Of a stretch of DNA of 64,000 bases, positions 1 to 10,496 are shown piece by piece. A program made the position numbers and the translations under genes. Within the stretch, counting starts at the first letter, position 1; each line of letters opens with the position of its first letter. The notes beneath the pieces are model-generated. The model was not told the DNA's origin, searched no databases, and worked only from the letters and a program-made list of their open reading frames with translations. The stretch spans positions 1,596 through 65,595 of the forward strand of contig LCDA01000003.1 in the NCBI GenBank assembly GCA_000998275.1, in the 5' to 3' direction. Origin of the DNA: Candidatus Collierbacteria bacterium GW2011_GWA2_42_17. Its GTDB lineage: Bacteria > Patescibacteriota > Microgenomatia > UBA1400 > MFAQ01.

Positions 1-1
1 C

Positions 2-442
2 GAGGCTTTGGAAATTAACGATAGCAAACCTTGGGGAGCATACTGGAAAATTGATGATGAAAGAATCGAGATGTTTGTGGACATCTTTTTTCCGGAAATA
101 AAAAGCAAACTTTTGAAAAGTAAATTTAACTTGAGCCCCAAATTTTTGTTGGTGGCTCCGGGTGAGAAACTATCTTGGCAGTATCATCATCGAAGAGCCG
201 AAAACTGGAGGGTGGTGGCAGGAACAGTGGGTATTAAAGTGAGTGACACTGATATTGAGCCGGAAGGATTTGGAAAATATAAAGCAGGAGAGAGTATTAG
301 CTTTGACAGGGGAACACGCCATAGATTGATTGGGCTGGATGGATGGGGATTGGTAGCGGAGATTTGGAAACATACCGATTTGAATGAACCTTCCAATGAA
401 GAGGATATTGTGAGATTGAAGGATGATTATGCGAGGATTTAG
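2..442 (+). CDS. Cupin-domain protein (mannose-6-phosphate isomerase type II C-terminal-like), 5' partial at window edge
   Basis: ORF runs from the window start. Motif WQYHHRRAENWRVVAGT plus a downstream G..H...G match the cupin fold of phosphomannose-isomerase-type cupins. Confidence 0.5.
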   Translation, partial: EALEINDSKPWGAYWKIDDERIEMFVDIFFPEIKSKLLKSKFNLSPKFLLVAPGEKLSWQYHHRRAENWRVVAGTVGIKVSDTDIEPEGFGKYKAGESISFDRGTRHRLIGLDGWGLVAEIWKHTDLNEPSNEEDIVRLKDDYARI

Positions 443-446
443 GAAA

Positions 447-477
447 TAAAAAGCCCGCCGAGGTGGCGGGCAAAAAC
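447..477. terminator. Bidirectional intrinsic terminator between convergent genes
   Basis: Stem gcccgcc / loop gaggt / ggcgggc, flanked by A-runs on both sides (aaaaagcccgccgaggtggcgggcaaaaa). Confidence 0.6.
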
Positions 478-490
478 TGATCAGTCATCG

Positions 491-961
491 TCAGTCAAAG
501 AAGAAAGAACCTACAAGGAAAAAGGCAACTCCCCAGGCAAAAATGGTAACGACTAAGTACAGTAGCGAAAAAATGATCGCTTCTTCAAAACCACCACGAA
601 CAGTGATTTTGGTTGGTGTTTCCGAGTAAAAATCGGCCGAGGCTTTCAGGAGAAGGTATTTCCCTGGAGGGGGATTCTTGATATTAAAATGAGTGTTGGT
701 TTCTCCAATAGCTGGGGGAATAACTTCTGGGAGAGTAATCTCTTTGGAAACAAGGTCTTGAATTTCAAAGTAGTTTTGGCCGGTGATGGTGATGTTGGAC
801 TCAGGTATGGTTACTGTGCTCTGGCTGGAGACAGAAGCGATTTTGTGAGGTCCAACCTCAACGGTGTTGATGTTCCAAAGATCAATAGTAATCTTTATGG
901 AAACAAACAAGGTCAGAAGAACAATAATAGCCCAAATAACTAATCCAACTGCGGTTTTCAT
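491..961 (-). CDS. Hypothetical membrane-anchored protein (N- and C-terminal hydrophobic segments)
   Basis: 156-aa ORF with an N-terminal TM/signal (VGLVIWAIIVLLTLFV) and a C-terminal TM (IIFSLLYLVVTIFAWGVAFFLVG). No recognisable catalytic motif. Confidence 0.45.
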   Translation of the reverse strand: MKTAVGLVIWAIIVLLTLFVSIKITIDLWNINTVEVGPHKIASVSSQSTVTIPESNITITGQNYFEIQDLVSKEITLPEVIPPAIGETNTHFNIKNPPPGKYLLLKASADFYSETPTKITVRGGFEEAIIFSLLYLVVTIFAWGVAFFLVGSFFFD

Positions 962-1098
962 GGTGCCTCCTTTGGCATTTTAAGGTTCTCGAGTATGTTA
1001 CCAATATTATAGGCAATAGTCAAGTGAACGAGCCTAGAAGAAGGCGTTTTGTGGTACAATATGTGAGTCGAAAAGACAGGAAAGGAATTTTTATTAAA

Positions 1099-2229
1099 AT
1101 GAGCAAAGCTCAAACAGAAGTTATTACTAAACAGTCAATGTCCGTTATGGACAAGCTAATGGAGGGTGCCAGCGCGTTCCCAGGAGCCTTAAAAAAGGGC
1201 CAAAAGGTGGAAGGTGTGGTTTCCTCGATTGGGAAAAAGATGGTCCTCGTGGACATTGGAGCCAAGACGGAGGGTGTCGTGACCGGTGAAGACTTGGTAG
1301 AGGCCTATGACGTACTAGCCGACCTTAAAGTTGGAGACAGAACCGAAGCCTATGTCAAGTTCCCAGAAAACGATCAGGGACAGATAATTCTCTCTCTTAA
1401 ACAGGCTGCCGATGAAAACCGCTGGTCTCGTTTCAAGAAACTGATGGAAGAGGAAAAAGAAGTGGAAGTTACTGGGGTTGAGGTTAATAAAGGTGGTATG
1501 GTGGTCAAGGTGGGCGAGATTCGCGGATTTGTACCAACGTCACAGTTTGGGGAGAAGTTCCTCGGCAACATGGAGGAGCTATTGAACAAGACCTTCAAAG
1601 TGCGGGTGATTGAAGTTGATAAAGATCAAAACAGATTAATTTTCTCCGAGAAGATGGTATCCGATTCCGAGTCACTTGCCAAAAAGGGTGAAGCTTTGGA
1701 ACTTGTTACCGTGGGTGACAAACTTGAAGGAACCGTGTCCGGAATCATGCCTTTTGGTGTGTTTGTGACCGTCAATGTTCCAATGAAGGATAAAGAGAAA
1801 GAAGGTGAGATGGCAAGGGTTGAAGGTCTCATTCATATTTCTGAGATTTCATGGGAGAAAGTGGAAGATCCAAACGAAATGTTTAAAGTGGGTAAAGACG
1901 TTAAGGTTCAGGTTATCGGAATTGATAAAGGAGCCGGAAAACTTAACCTATCCATTAAGCAGATGACCGATGATCCATGGAAAGAAATCGAAAAGAACTA
2001 TGCTGTGGGTACCAAACATACAGGTAAGGTGGTGCGCATTGCTCCTTACGGTATCTTCGTAAACTTCGAAAAAGGTGTCGATGGTTTGATTCATATTTCC
2101 AAGAAACCAGCAGACAAAGAGTTTGCTATGGGCGATAAAGTGGAAGCTTTTGTGGAAATGATTGATGTCAAAGCTCGAAGAATGTCTCTTGGAGTAGTCT
2201 TGACCGAGGTTCCGGTTGCGTACAAATAA
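1099..2229 (+). CDS. rpsA: 30S ribosomal protein S1 (four S1 domains)
   Basis: Four S1 RNA-binding repeats (G.KVEGVV..., VEVTGVEV..G.VVKV, LEGTVSGIMPFGVFV...GLIHISE, GTKHTGKVVRIAPYGIFV...GLIHISK). The ATG at 1099 (MSKAQTE) is the more plausible start than the upstream alternative start at 1024. Confidence 0.9.
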   Translation: MSKAQTEVITKQSMSVMDKLMEGASAFPGALKKGQKVEGVVSSIGKKMVLVDIGAKTEGVVTGEDLVEAYDVLADLKVGDRTEAYVKFPENDQGQIILSLKQAADENRWSRFKKLMEEEKEVEVTGVEVNKGGMVVKVGEIRGFVPTSQFGEKFLGNMEELLNKTFKVRVIEVDKDQNRLIFSEKMVSDSESLAKKGEALELVTVGDKLEGTVSGIMPFGVFVTVNVPMKDKEKEGEMARVEGLIHISEISWEKVEDPNEMFKVGKDVKVQVIGIDKGAGKLNLSIKQMTDDPWKEIEKNYAVGTKHTGKVVRIAPYGIFVNFEKGVDGLIHISKKPADKEFAMGDKVEAFVEMIDVKARRMSLGVVLTEVPVAYK

Positions 2230-2239
2230 GTCTTATAAA

Positions 2240-2263
2240 GAAGCGAGCCTGTTGGCTCGCTTC
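2240..2263 (+). terminator. Hairpin downstream of rpsA (weak terminator, no clear U-tract)
   Basis: 10-bp stem gaagcgagcc / tgtt / ggctcgcttc immediately after the rpsA stop. Confidence 0.3.
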
Positions 2264-2303
2264 TGGTAAGATGAGTTATTAAATAAAACAATTTAAACTA
2301 AAA

Positions 2304-2456
2304 TGGCAAAAACTAAAATGATTGTAAAAGAGGATCAAATCCTCGTAGATGTGGAAACTATCTTCAAAGAAATTGAGGCGGCTGGTGGTGACTGGAAGAA
2401 AGTTTGGGAGGAGTTCAAAAGCTATCTAAAAGACGTCAAAGGCGAGGGTAAGTAAG
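2304..2456 (+). CDS. Small hypothetical protein (50 aa)
   Basis: ORF MAKTKMIVKEDQILVDVETIFKEIEAAGGDWKKVWEEFKSYLKDVKGEGK, too short for the ORF track. No obvious SD. Protein-like composition. Confidence 0.25.
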
Positions 2457-2462
2457 TCTTTC

Positions 2463-2708
2463 CTATTCCGGTTGGTAGCCAAGATTAGTGATGACCTTCT
2501 TGATGGAGTTGAGATCTGTTTTTTCCGGATCAAAAGTAATTTTGGCTACGGATTTTTGGTAGCTAGTGTCGGATGAAGAAACCCCCGGTGTATCCTCGAG
2601 AGCGAGATCAATGTTGGCGGCACAGGAGGTGCAGTGGAGACCAGAAAGTTTTAGAGTAGTAGTTTGGAGGTGATCATTTTTGGTTTTGGATTTAAGAAAA
2701 TTGAACAT
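2463..2708 (-). CDS. HMA-domain metallochaperone (CopZ-like, CxxC variant GLHCTSC)
   Basis: 81 aa. LSGLHCTSCAANIDLAL carries the CxxC of the heavy-metal-associated ferredoxin-like fold. It lies 9 bp downstream of the DsbD_2-like gene on the same strand. Confidence 0.75.
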   Translation of the reverse strand: MFNFLKSKTKNDHLQTTTLKLSGLHCTSCAANIDLALEDTPGVSSSDTSYQKSVAKITFDPEKTDLNSIKKVITNLGYQPE

Positions 2709-2717
2709 AAGTATTGA

Positions 2718-3740
2718 TTAATTAATAATATTGAAACGGCCGGTGTACATACCCATGGAGCAGGAGAAGACAAGAGCACCGAGTTTTTTGGGGGTGAACT
2801 CGATGATGGTTTCTCCGGTTTCGGGGAGAAGTTTTTGAATGTTTAAGGCAGGGATAGTGAAGGAACGAGAGCAAGACTGAACATTGATAGTCCTAAGAGT
2901 GAGGCGGACAGGAATGTCTTTTTTTAGGGTAAGGGAGTTAGGAGAGTAACCACTATTGTTGACGGTGATAGAGATGTTTTGAATACCGTTTTTAACTGAA
3001 ACATTGGTATCGTCGGTACTCGCTGAAAGAACCGAAGGGTTGACGGCAGCTCGATAGAAGTTCTGGATGGTGTAAACAGAACCAGTTAAACCGACGCCGT
3101 TGTTTACGGAGTAAATGGACATACCGATAAGGGCGGCAGCGGCAATTTGGGGAAAATACTTTTGAAAAGCTTTGGCACCGGAGCTAAGGAGGAAACCAAA
3201 AAGCAGGAAGGTAGGCGAGGTGCCTACAATAAAGGCAAACATAATAGCGGCGCCGTATAAAGGATTGCCGGTACCAATGGCGATAACCTCAGTAGCCTGG
3301 GTGACAGCGCAAGGAAGAAAGACTGTTGATAAACCCAGAAGAAAAGGAGCAAAAAGAGACTGACTTTGAGACTCATTTTTGGCCAGACGGACTAGAAATT
3401 TGGGGGGTTTGATGACGAAGTAACGGAAAAGGGGGTGGAGGTTAAGAAGGTTACCGGCGATACCCAAAAGATAAATGCCGATGATGATCTGAATCCAACC
3501 TCGAGTGATAGGAGAAAGGACGAGGGTTTGGCCGAGAGCACCAAGAAGGAAGCCGAGGAGAGTATGAATTAAGAGTTTACCGGTGAGGAAGGAGACGATG
3601 GGGAGGGCCTTGTTGGTTTTGATCAGACTGTTTTCCTGATGGGCGATTACCGAAGTAAGAAGTCCTCCCTGGATGGCAAGGCAGGTGAGTCCGCCGGTAG
3701 TTAAGCCGGTGAGGAAGATGAAGAAGAGATTAGTGTTCAT
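2718..3740 (-). CDS. DsbD_2-like polytopic membrane protein fused to a C-terminal cupredoxin-like domain
   Basis: Multiple TM helices with an LPC motif (FLPCAVTQATE) and GNPLYGAAIMFAF, as in the second family member at 5153-6691. The C-terminal roughly 100 aa (PNSLTLKKDIPVRLTLRTINVQSC...FSCSMGMYTGRFNI) is a cupredoxin-like beta-sandwich signature. Start set at the internal ATG (MNTNLFF). Confidence 0.65.
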   Translation of the reverse strand: MNTNLFFIFLTGLTTGGLTCLAIQGGLLTSVIAHQENSLIKTNKALPIVSFLTGKLLIHTLLGFLLGALGQTLVLSPITRGWIQIIIGIYLLGIAGNLLNLHPLFRYFVIKPPKFLVRLAKNESQSQSLFAPFLLGLSTVFLPCAVTQATEVIAIGTGNPLYGAAIMFAFIVGTSPTFLLFGFLLSSGAKAFQKYFPQIAAAALIGMSIYSVNNGVGLTGSVYTIQNFYRAAVNPSVLSASTDDTNVSVKNGIQNISITVNNSGYSPNSLTLKKDIPVRLTLRTINVQSCSRSFTIPALNIQKLLPETGETIIEFTPKKLGALVFSCSMGMYTGRFNIIN

Positions 3741-3773
3741 AAATCGGTATTTATTACTATACCAGCTTTGCGT

Positions 3774-3788
3774 GCTACAATACGTAGT
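3774..3788. promoter_or_regulatory. Candidate BlaI/CopY-type operator (GCTAC-N5-GTAGT) abutting the repressor start codon
   Basis: gctacaatacgtagt, with GTAGTAT directly before ATG 3791. Related to the dyads at 5138-5152 and 13316-13330. Confidence 0.4.
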
Positions 3789-3790
3789 AT

Positions 3791-4165
3791 ATGGAATCAA
3801 AATTGTTTGGTTGCTTGGAACAACAGATTATAGATGTTCTTTGGCAAGAAAAGAAACCCTTAAAGCCATTGGATGTCTTGAAACAGCTTAAAGGGGATTA
3901 TGCCTACACGACAGTGATGACGGTTTTGAAGAGAATGTCAGATAAAAAGGTATTAACCAGAGAAATGGTTGGTAAAGCATATGTCTACTCTCCAGTTTCG
4001 AACAAAGAGGTCTATATTAAGAAGAGCTTGAAAAACCTGTATGGTAATTTGATGGATACTTATGGCGAACTTGCGATATCTCAGTTCGTAGACATGGTAA
4101 AAAACGACCGAGAGGATATGAACCTTCTTAAACGGTTTATTGATTCTTCCAAAAAAGCTAAATGA
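3791..4165 (+). CDS. BlaI/MecI/CopY-family winged-helix transcriptional repressor
   Basis: LEQQIIDVLWQEKKPLKPLDVLKQL...YAYTTVMTVLKRMSDKKVL matches the penicillinase-repressor family N-terminal wHTH. There is no C-terminal CxC...CxC copper motif. ATGA overlap with the next gene. Confidence 0.85.
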   Translation: MESKLFGCLEQQIIDVLWQEKKPLKPLDVLKQLKGDYAYTTVMTVLKRMSDKKVLTREMVGKAYVYSPVSNKEVYIKKSLKNLYGNLMDTYGELAISQFVDMVKNDREDMNLLKRFIDSSKKAK

Positions 4166-5109
4166 ATTATAGAAAGTTAAATTCTTTTTCTAATCTTTTT
4201 TTCGTGTTTTTGGTGTTTGTGGGTTTGATTTATACGGTGTTCCTTTTTAAATTATTTTTGGATACGTCTCCCGGGTTGGTGATGTTGTTGATTTTTTTGA
4301 TGGATGCGATTCGGTATGGATACAGTATGGTTTCGATCCAGTCTTTGGGTGTACTACTTGTCTCTTCCCTGATTAGTATTACCACTCAAGTTCTGATATA
4401 CAGATACATCAAAGCGTTGTTGATGACATTAAAGATTGTGGGTGGCACCCGTCATTTTACGAAGAGTCTCGAACTGGTTTCAATAAAGGATAAAATAGTT
4501 ACCTTTAGTTCCAGTTCTATCAGAGCTTTCACTTCTGGACTGTTACATCCAAGAATTCATCTCCCTAAAAACCTTAAGGAAACGAATTCTAGTCTGGAAG
4601 TAAAAGCGATAATGCTCCACGAGAAACAACACACTTTGGCTTTCGATCCGTTTAAGAGCTGGGTCGTTGGTGGAATTAAGGAGATATTACCGGGATTTCC
4701 TTTCAAAAAATGGATATTTGGACACTATGATGTCTTGGTGGAGTTAACGGCCGATGCATACGCCGAAAAAATATTAAACAAAAGACTGCCAATAATTTCT
4801 GCCTTATATAAACAGTATGAAGGCAGCGGCAAAAATATTATTCCAGCGGTCGGTTTTTCGAATAGCCAATCAGAAAGGATTCATATCTTGGTGGGGAAGG
4901 AACGAGTCAAAATAAAAGGACCTTTGGTGGTATCGTCTGTTGTGGTAATGACATTATTTGTTGGTACATTGCTGACGAGGAACAAAGACTTATTTTATAG
5001 CTGCCCACACTTAGATTCGTGTATTTTAAATGTCATTGCCCAAAAAACAAGTAACTTTGGGGTGTCGGAAATAGAAGCCGCCCAGTCAGTATTAGGTAGC
5101 CATCAATGA
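4162..5109 (+). CDS. BlaR1/MecR1-like M56 family membrane metallopeptidase (signal transducer without a penicillin-binding sensor domain)
   Basis: N-terminal TM helices, then AFTSGLLHPRIHLPKNL and the zinc motif HEKQH (HExxH) typical of M56. Translationally coupled to the BlaI-like gene. Confidence 0.8.
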   Translation: MNYRKLNSFSNLFFVFLVFVGLIYTVFLFKLFLDTSPGLVMLLIFLMDAIRYGYSMVSIQSLGVLLVSSLISITTQVLIYRYIKALLMTLKIVGGTRHFTKSLELVSIKDKIVTFSSSSIRAFTSGLLHPRIHLPKNLKETNSSLEVKAIMLHEKQHTLAFDPFKSWVVGGIKEILPGFPFKKWIFGHYDVLVELTADAYAEKILNKRLPIISALYKQYEGSGKNIIPAVGFSNSQSERIHILVGKERVKIKGPLVVSSVVVMTLFVGTLLTRNKDLFYSCPHLDSCILNVIAQKTSNFGVSEIEAAQSVLGSHQ

Positions 5110-5134
5110 ACTTCTCCTTGACAATTAATGAAAA

Positions 5135-5155
5135 CATACTACACTATGTAGTATG
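5135..5155. promoter_or_regulatory. Perfect 9/3/9 palindrome operator CATACTACA-cta-TGTAGTATG overlapping the start codon; TTGACA -35 at 5118-5123
   Basis: The palindrome is read directly. Its right arm ends in ATG 5153. Core ACTAC-N5-GTAGT. The -35-like TTGACA lies 30 nt upstream of the ATG, suggesting a leaderless or very short leader. Confidence 0.55.
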
Positions 5156-6691
5156 TTGAATTATAATCAGGAGCGGACAGGCTTAAAATTTTATATAAGG
5201 GGGATGCACTGTGCTTCTTGCGAGATGATTATTGAGAAGAAGTTGCGCAAAGAAAAGGGAGTTTTGCTGGTTGAGGTTGACTTGAATAAAGGATTGGTGG
5301 AGATAGCAACATCTGGAAATAGCCATCTTTCGGAAGATTATCTAAATTATCTTTTTAAAGATGACGGCTATACCTTTTTTAGTAAACCGATCGATAAATC
5401 GATACAGGTCAAGGGAAAAACCGAGTGCGAAACTGCCTGCGAGAATAAGCCCAGCGGAGAAATAAACTACACGCCTTATATGATAGCGGCCTTGTTTTTG
5501 GCTGGTTTTTATATCTTGCAAAAAACAGGCTTTGCTTCATTGGTTTCCGTTAATTCCCAGTCCTCACTACCGGTATTTTTCTTGTTTGGCATACTGGCCG
5601 GACTATCAAGCTGTGCGGCTTTGGTGGGAGGAATCATTCTTTCGTTAAGTAAACAATGGCTGTCTATTTATGATAAAAATGATTCTTCGCTAAAAAAATC
5701 CGAACCGCATATTCTTTTTAACGTCGGTCGGGTTTTGGGATACGGAGTTTTTGGGGGTTTGTTGGGGTTTTTGGGAAATGTATTTAGAGTTTCCCCGGCT
5801 TTTTCGGCATCTTTAGTAATTGGGGTTTCGATTTTGATGATACTTCTTGGTTTGCAAATGCTTGGAGTTAAGGCTTTAGCTAAGTACCAGCTACGCTTCC
5901 CAAAATCTATCACTGGTAAATTTTCTAACGAAGAAAACTTTCAGGGTAGGTTTGGGCCATTTTTGATGGGAGCACTTACTTTCTTTCTACCTTGTGGATT
6001 CACAATCACTGTTCAGGCGCTGGCCCTAGCTTCGGGAAATCCGCTACAAGGAGCTTTGATAATGGCGGTTTTTGCCTTAGGTACAATTCCCGGTTTGTTG
6101 GTGATTGGACTGAGTAGTGTGAAACTATTTAGTAATCCCGAAATAGCGAAACAATTTTCGATTGTGGCAGGAATCTTGGTTCTATTTTTTGCCGCTTTTA
6201 ATATTAACGCTCAGATGTCCGTCTTGGGATTATCAAATATTAGTGATGTCTTGGCGGCGACAACTTCGGCGGGATCTTCGGATAAAAGCCGCGACACTTC
6301 CTTGGTGCCTGTCGTGTCCGGAAAACAAATTATCAAGATGAATGCCTCGTCAAGAAGTTATACCCCGAACCGATTTAAGATTAAAGTCGGTCAGCCGGTA
6401 CGATTGGAGGTTACTGATGTGGGAACGAGCGGCTGTACCAATGCCATAATTTCTAAACTGTGGAATGGTCAAATATCATTAACTCAGGGTAAGACATCCG
6501 TAAAAGAGTTTACTCCCTCAAAGGTGGGTCTTTATAAATTTTCTTGCTGGATGGGTATGGTTTCCGGAACAATTGAAGTGGTTGACGGAACGGGTTCTTC
6601 AGGGACAACGACAAGTACCAAACCAATCGAGTCCGGCGCCAAAGGATGCGGTTGTGGTGGGGGTAGTGGTTCCTGCGGAGGTTCTAAGTAA
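5153..6691 (+). CDS. HMA domain + DsbD_2-like membrane domain + cupredoxin-like domain fusion protein with a Cys/Gly-rich C-terminal tail
   Basis: N-terminal GMHCASCE (HMA), polytopic core with FFLPCGFTITVQALALASGNPLQGALIMAVFALG, C-terminal PNRFKIKVGQPVRLEVTDVGTSGC...FSCWMGMVSGTIEV cupredoxin-like module, and a GCGCGGGSGSCGGSK tail. Confidence 0.7.
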   Translation: MLNYNQERTGLKFYIRGMHCASCEMIIEKKLRKEKGVLLVEVDLNKGLVEIATSGNSHLSEDYLNYLFKDDGYTFFSKPIDKSIQVKGKTECETACENKPSGEINYTPYMIAALFLAGFYILQKTGFASLVSVNSQSSLPVFFLFGILAGLSSCAALVGGIILSLSKQWLSIYDKNDSSLKKSEPHILFNVGRVLGYGVFGGLLGFLGNVFRVSPAFSASLVIGVSILMILLGLQMLGVKALAKYQLRFPKSITGKFSNEENFQGRFGPFLMGALTFFLPCGFTITVQALALASGNPLQGALIMAVFALGTIPGLLVIGLSSVKLFSNPEIAKQFSIVAGILVLFFAAFNINAQMSVLGLSNISDVLAATTSAGSSDKSRDTSLVPVVSGKQIIKMNASSRSYTPNRFKIKVGQPVRLEVTDVGTSGCTNAIISKLWNGQISLTQGKTSVKEFTPSKVGLYKFSCWMGMVSGTIEVVDGTGSSGTTTSTKPIESGAKGCGCGGGSGSCGGSK

Positions 6692-6709
6692 TTACAAATT
6701 ATAAAAAAT

Positions 6710-6928
6710 ATGAAGATAAACAATCTTTCCTTTCTAATAAATGACATGCACTGTAAATCATGTATTAAAATAATTGAAGCTACCCTTTCAGAGATCCCGG
6801 GTGTAAAAATAACCGACTCGGATTTTAAGAAAAAAACTGTAAGTATTACTTACAACATTGATACGACGACCCCGGAAATATTAATAAATACCATAAAAGA
6901 AATCGGTTATAAAGCTGAGATCGTCTAA
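6710..6928 (+). CDS. copZ: Copper chaperone CopZ (HMA domain)
   Basis: 72 aa with [14 protein letters not shown] (CxxC) and a ferredoxin-like HMA layout, immediately upstream of the Cu-ATPase. Confidence 0.85.
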   Translation: MKINNLSFLINDMHCKSCIKIIEATLSEIPGVKITDSDFKKKTVSITYNIDTTTPEILINTIKEIGYKAEIV

Positions 6929-6933
6929 AACTT

Positions 6934-9315
6934 ATGAGCGTCACCAACAATGAGGTAAAAGACAGCACTTCCCAGGTAGCCTATCTGGAAATTTCCGGTA
7001 TGCATTGCAGTAGTTGTGCGAGTCTGATTGAAAGGTCTCTTACAAAAACAAAGGGAGTTCAGGAGGCAAATGTTAATTTTGCGACGAGTAAAGCCAGAGT
7101 CAAGTTTGATACAAAACTGGCAACTTTGAAAAACCTCAAGGAAGCCGTTAAATCCGCCGGTTACAGAGCGGAGGTTCCTTCAGAAACAAGTTCCAAGTCG
7201 GAAACCGAAAAAAGATCGCTCGAAATTAAGTATTGGTTTACCAAGTTTATTGCCGGCTTGGTGTTAAGTTTACCGATGCTGTTCTTTATGGTGTATGACT
7301 TTGTCCCCAATCTTCCCTTCGCCAGAACAATCATGCCTATCTCCGGATTGATTTCTTTAATTCTTGCCACGCCGGTTCAGTTCTGGGTCGGTAATAACTT
7401 TATTCAAGGGGCGATCTCTGCCTTTAAGATGAAAACCTTTAGCATGGATTCGCTAATTGCCATTGGTACACTGACGGCCTTTGTTTATAGTACCTTTGAG
7501 TATGTAGCGTACATTGTGAATACCGGCTCAGTTTTTGGTTTAGATGGAATGAAAATAGGGAATCTATATTATGAAGTAGCGTCTCTTTTGATTACGTTTG
7601 TGGCTTTGGGAAAATGGCTCGAAGCTAAAGCTAAAGGAAAGACTTCACAGGCAATCGAAAAACTGGTCGGGTTGGCACCGAAAACGGCCAGAGTAATGAG
7701 AGATGGTTCTCCGGTTGACCTTCCCGTTGGAGAGGTGATTGTCGGAGACATTGTCGTTGTTCGTCCAGGAGAGCGAATTCCCGTGGATGGAGTAATTGTT
7801 TCAGGGTCGAGCTCGGTAGATGAGTCAGCTCTTACCGGAGAGTCGATTCCCGTAGAAAAAGTGGTTGGAGCGAAAGTGTTTACAGCGACGATTAATAAAA
7901 CCGGAAGTTTTGAGTTTGAGGTACAAAAAGTGGGTGATGATACAGTATTGTCGCAGATAGTTAAATTGATTGAGGATGCTCAAGGAACCAAGGCTCCAAT
8001 TCAAGGATTTGCCGACAAAATATCTTCGATTTTTGTGCCTACAGTTATCGTGATAGCGATACTGACTTTCCTACTTTGGTACTTTATTCTGGGAGCCTCC
8101 TTTGAGTTTGCTATTTTGGCCTTTGTCTCGGTAATTGTGATTGCCTGTCCGTGTGCTTTGGGACTTGCTACCCCTACTGCGATCATGGTGGCGACAGGTA
8201 AGGGTGCCGAACAAGGAATCCTGATTAAGGGTGGAGAGCCATTGGAAACTGCCTGCAAGATTGAGACTATTGTTTTCGACAAAACAGGGACACTCACTAA
8301 AGGCCAACCGGAAGTGACGGATATCGTGAACTACTCAGACAAATCGGAGCAGGAAATACTAGCGATTCTTTATGCTTTGGAGTCAAAATCCGAGCACCCC
8401 TTGGCGGCGGCCATTGTTGATTACTGCAAGAGTCGAGTTTCGACAAAAGACAGGCAGACTGCAACGGCGGACTTTAAAGCAGTTCCTGGTCATGGAGTTG
8501 AGGGCAAGATTAACGGAAAAACGTATTTTGTGGGTAATCGCCGCTTGATGGAGTTGAAGAATATTCACTCATACTCACTTGTGGATTTGGAGAAACTGGA
8601 AGAGGGTGGTAAAACGGCGATGCTAATTGCTTCGACGAAAAAAGTATTGGGTATCGTAGCCGTGGCTGATCGAGTGAAAGAAACAACGGCCAAGGTAGTA
8701 AAAAAACTGCAGGATCAGGGAATTGAAGTTTATATGATCACCGGCGACAACCAGAGGACGGCCAACGCGATTGCTAAACAAGTTGGCATTACCAAGGTAC
8801 TGGCTGAAGTACTGCCACAGAATAAGGCGGAGGAGGTCAAGAAGTTACAAGCACAGGGAAAGATTGTGGCCATGGTAGGGGACGGTATTAACGACTCTCC
8901 GGCATTAGTTCAATCCGACCTGGGAATTGTGATGGCATCTGGTGCCGACGTGGCTTTGGAGTCCGGAAGTATCATCATTATGAATAATGATCTGGAAGGG
9001 ATACTAACAGCGATCAAATTGAGTAAAGAGACGGTTGGAAAGATTAAACAAAATATGTTTTTTGCTCTCTTTTACAATGTTTTGGGTATCCCGGTAGCGG
9101 CTCGAGCTTTTGTCTCGTTTGGTTTGGTTCTTAAACCAGAACTGGCCGGACTAGCGATGGCTTTGTCTTCGGTCTCGGTGGTAAGCAACTCATTACTACT
9201 TAAAGGATTTAATCCAAAACGGTTTAATCTCATTTCCCGTCTGGCTCCCATTGTAATGACCGTGGGTTTCCTTTTTATCTTTTGGCAGTTTGCTTCTGTC
9301 TCATCAATGAAGTGA
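6934..9315 (+). CDS. copA: Copper-translocating P1B-type ATPase
   Basis: N-terminal HMA (GMHCSSCAS), TM4 [17 protein letters not shown] phosphorylation site, [10 protein letters not shown] hinge, TM5 YN and TM6 MALSS Cu(I) signature. Confidence 0.95.
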   Translation: MSVTNNEVKDSTSQVAYLEISGMHCSSCASLIERSLTKTKGVQEANVNFATSKARVKFDTKLATLKNLKEAVKSAGYRAEVPSETSSKSETEKRSLEIKYWFTKFIAGLVLSLPMLFFMVYDFVPNLPFARTIMPISGLISLILATPVQFWVGNNFIQGAISAFKMKTFSMDSLIAIGTLTAFVYSTFEYVAYIVNTGSVFGLDGMKIGNLYYEVASLLITFVALGKWLEAKAKGKTSQAIEKLVGLAPKTARVMRDGSPVDLPVGEVIVGDIVVVRPGERIPVDGVIVSGSSSVDESALTGESIPVEKVVGAKVFTATINKTGSFEFEVQKVGDDTVLSQIVKLIEDAQGTKAPIQGFADKISSIFVPTVIVIAILTFLLWYFILGASFEFAILAFVSVIVIACPCALGLATPTAIMVATGKGAEQGILIKGGEPLETACKIETIVFDKTGTLTKGQPEVTDIVNYSDKSEQEILAILYALESKSEHPLAAAIVDYCKSRVSTKDRQTATADFKAVPGHGVEGKINGKTYFVGNRRLMELKNIHSYSLVDLEKLEEGGKTAMLIASTKKVLGIVAVADRVKETTAKVVKKLQDQGIEVYMITGDNQRTANAIAKQVGITKVLAEVLPQNKAEEVKKLQAQGKIVAMVGDGINDSPALVQSDLGIVMASGADVALESGSIIIMNNDLEGILTAIKLSKETVGKIKQNMFFALFYNVLGIPVAARAFVSFGLVLKPELAGLAMALSSVSVVSNSLLLKGFNPKRFNLISRLAPIVMTVGFLFIFWQFASVSSMK

Positions 9316-9327
9316 GACGGGAGATCG

Positions 9328-10443
9328 TTATCTAATTGATTTGTAACCGCCAAGAACTCCTCTTTTGGACAAGACGATTTGCCAGAGCTGAATATTCCTG
9401 GATCTAAACGATCCGGCAGAGGAGAGGAGATAGTATCGCCACATGCGATAAAATTTTTCGTCGTAGTTTGATCTTATTAACTTCCAGTTTTTTTCAAAAT
9501 TACTATGCCAAGCCATTAATGTCTTGTCGTAATTAACTCCGAGATTATGCCAGTCTTCCATGACAAATAGTCCTTCTATGGACTGACCTAACTGTTTAAT
9601 CGAGGGCAGCATAGAGTTGGGAAAGATATATTTACCGGTCCAGGGATCAGTTCCCGTCACTGAGATGTTGCCACCAATGGTGTGGAGCAAAAACAAACCA
9701 TCATCCTTAAGGACTTTGTGGGCGACTTTCATAAAAGTTCGATAATTTTTGTAGCCTACGTGTTCAATCATGCCGAGAGACACGATGTGGTCATAGCTAC
9801 CTTTGATATCACGGTAATCTTGAAGCAGAGTTTCAACAGGAAGACCTTTGTAAAGTGAGTCGGCAAGTATTTTCTGTTCTTTAGAGACAGTGATCCCTTT
9901 GGTTTTTGCACCATATTTTTCGGCAGCGAAACCAAGAAAACTACCCCAACCGGAACCAATGTCTAGGACTCTTTGTCCAGGTTTAAGACTAATCTTCCGA
10001 CAAATGAGGTCTAGCTTGGCTTCTTGGGCGTCATCAAGATTGGTGGAGTTTTCCCAGTATCCGCAGGTATAGGTGAGGCGTTTGTCTAGCATGGCCCGAT
10101 ACAAGTCATTGCCGATGTCGTAGTGTTTACGGCCAATTTCAAAAGCTTTTGATTTTCTACCCGCATTTAAGACGACGTTTAAAGTGAGTCTGGCGGCTAG
10201 GGCTAGATTATTTTTGACCTTACGGTCCAGACTAGCAGAAAGAATCTTGTCAAAAAACTGGTCGAGTTTTTTACAGTCCCACCAACCGTCCATGTAGGCT
10301 TCGCCAAGACCCAGTGATCCATGTTTGAGTACTCGTCCATAAAAATCTTCGTTGTGTATTTGGGGGTCGTACGGACGACTACCATTTATGGTGACACCTG
10401 TTCCGGAAAGCAATGCTTTGATAATCGCTTTATCCTTGGTCAT
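9328..10443 (-). CDS. cfa: Cyclopropane-fatty-acyl-phospholipid synthase family SAM-dependent methyltransferase
   Basis: VLDIGSGWGSFLGFAAEKYGAKTKGITVSKEQ (motif I), HVGYKNYRTF, and a length of about 370 aa typical of CFA synthases. Confidence 0.85.
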   Translation of the reverse strand: MTKDKAIIKALLSGTGVTINGSRPYDPQIHNEDFYGRVLKHGSLGLGEAYMDGWWDCKKLDQFFDKILSASLDRKVKNNLALAARLTLNVVLNAGRKSKAFEIGRKHYDIGNDLYRAMLDKRLTYTCGYWENSTNLDDAQEAKLDLICRKISLKPGQRVLDIGSGWGSFLGFAAEKYGAKTKGITVSKEQKILADSLYKGLPVETLLQDYRDIKGSYDHIVSLGMIEHVGYKNYRTFMKVAHKVLKDDGLFLLHTIGGNISVTGTDPWTGKYIFPNSMLPSIKQLGQSIEGLFVMEDWHNLGVNYDKTLMAWHSNFEKNWKLIRSNYDEKFYRMWRYYLLSSAGSFRSRNIQLWQIVLSKRGVLGGYKSIR

Positions 10444-10496
10444 ATGCTTTTATGATACGCCAAGTGAAAGATTTTTCACAGTTTTTAATTTAATAT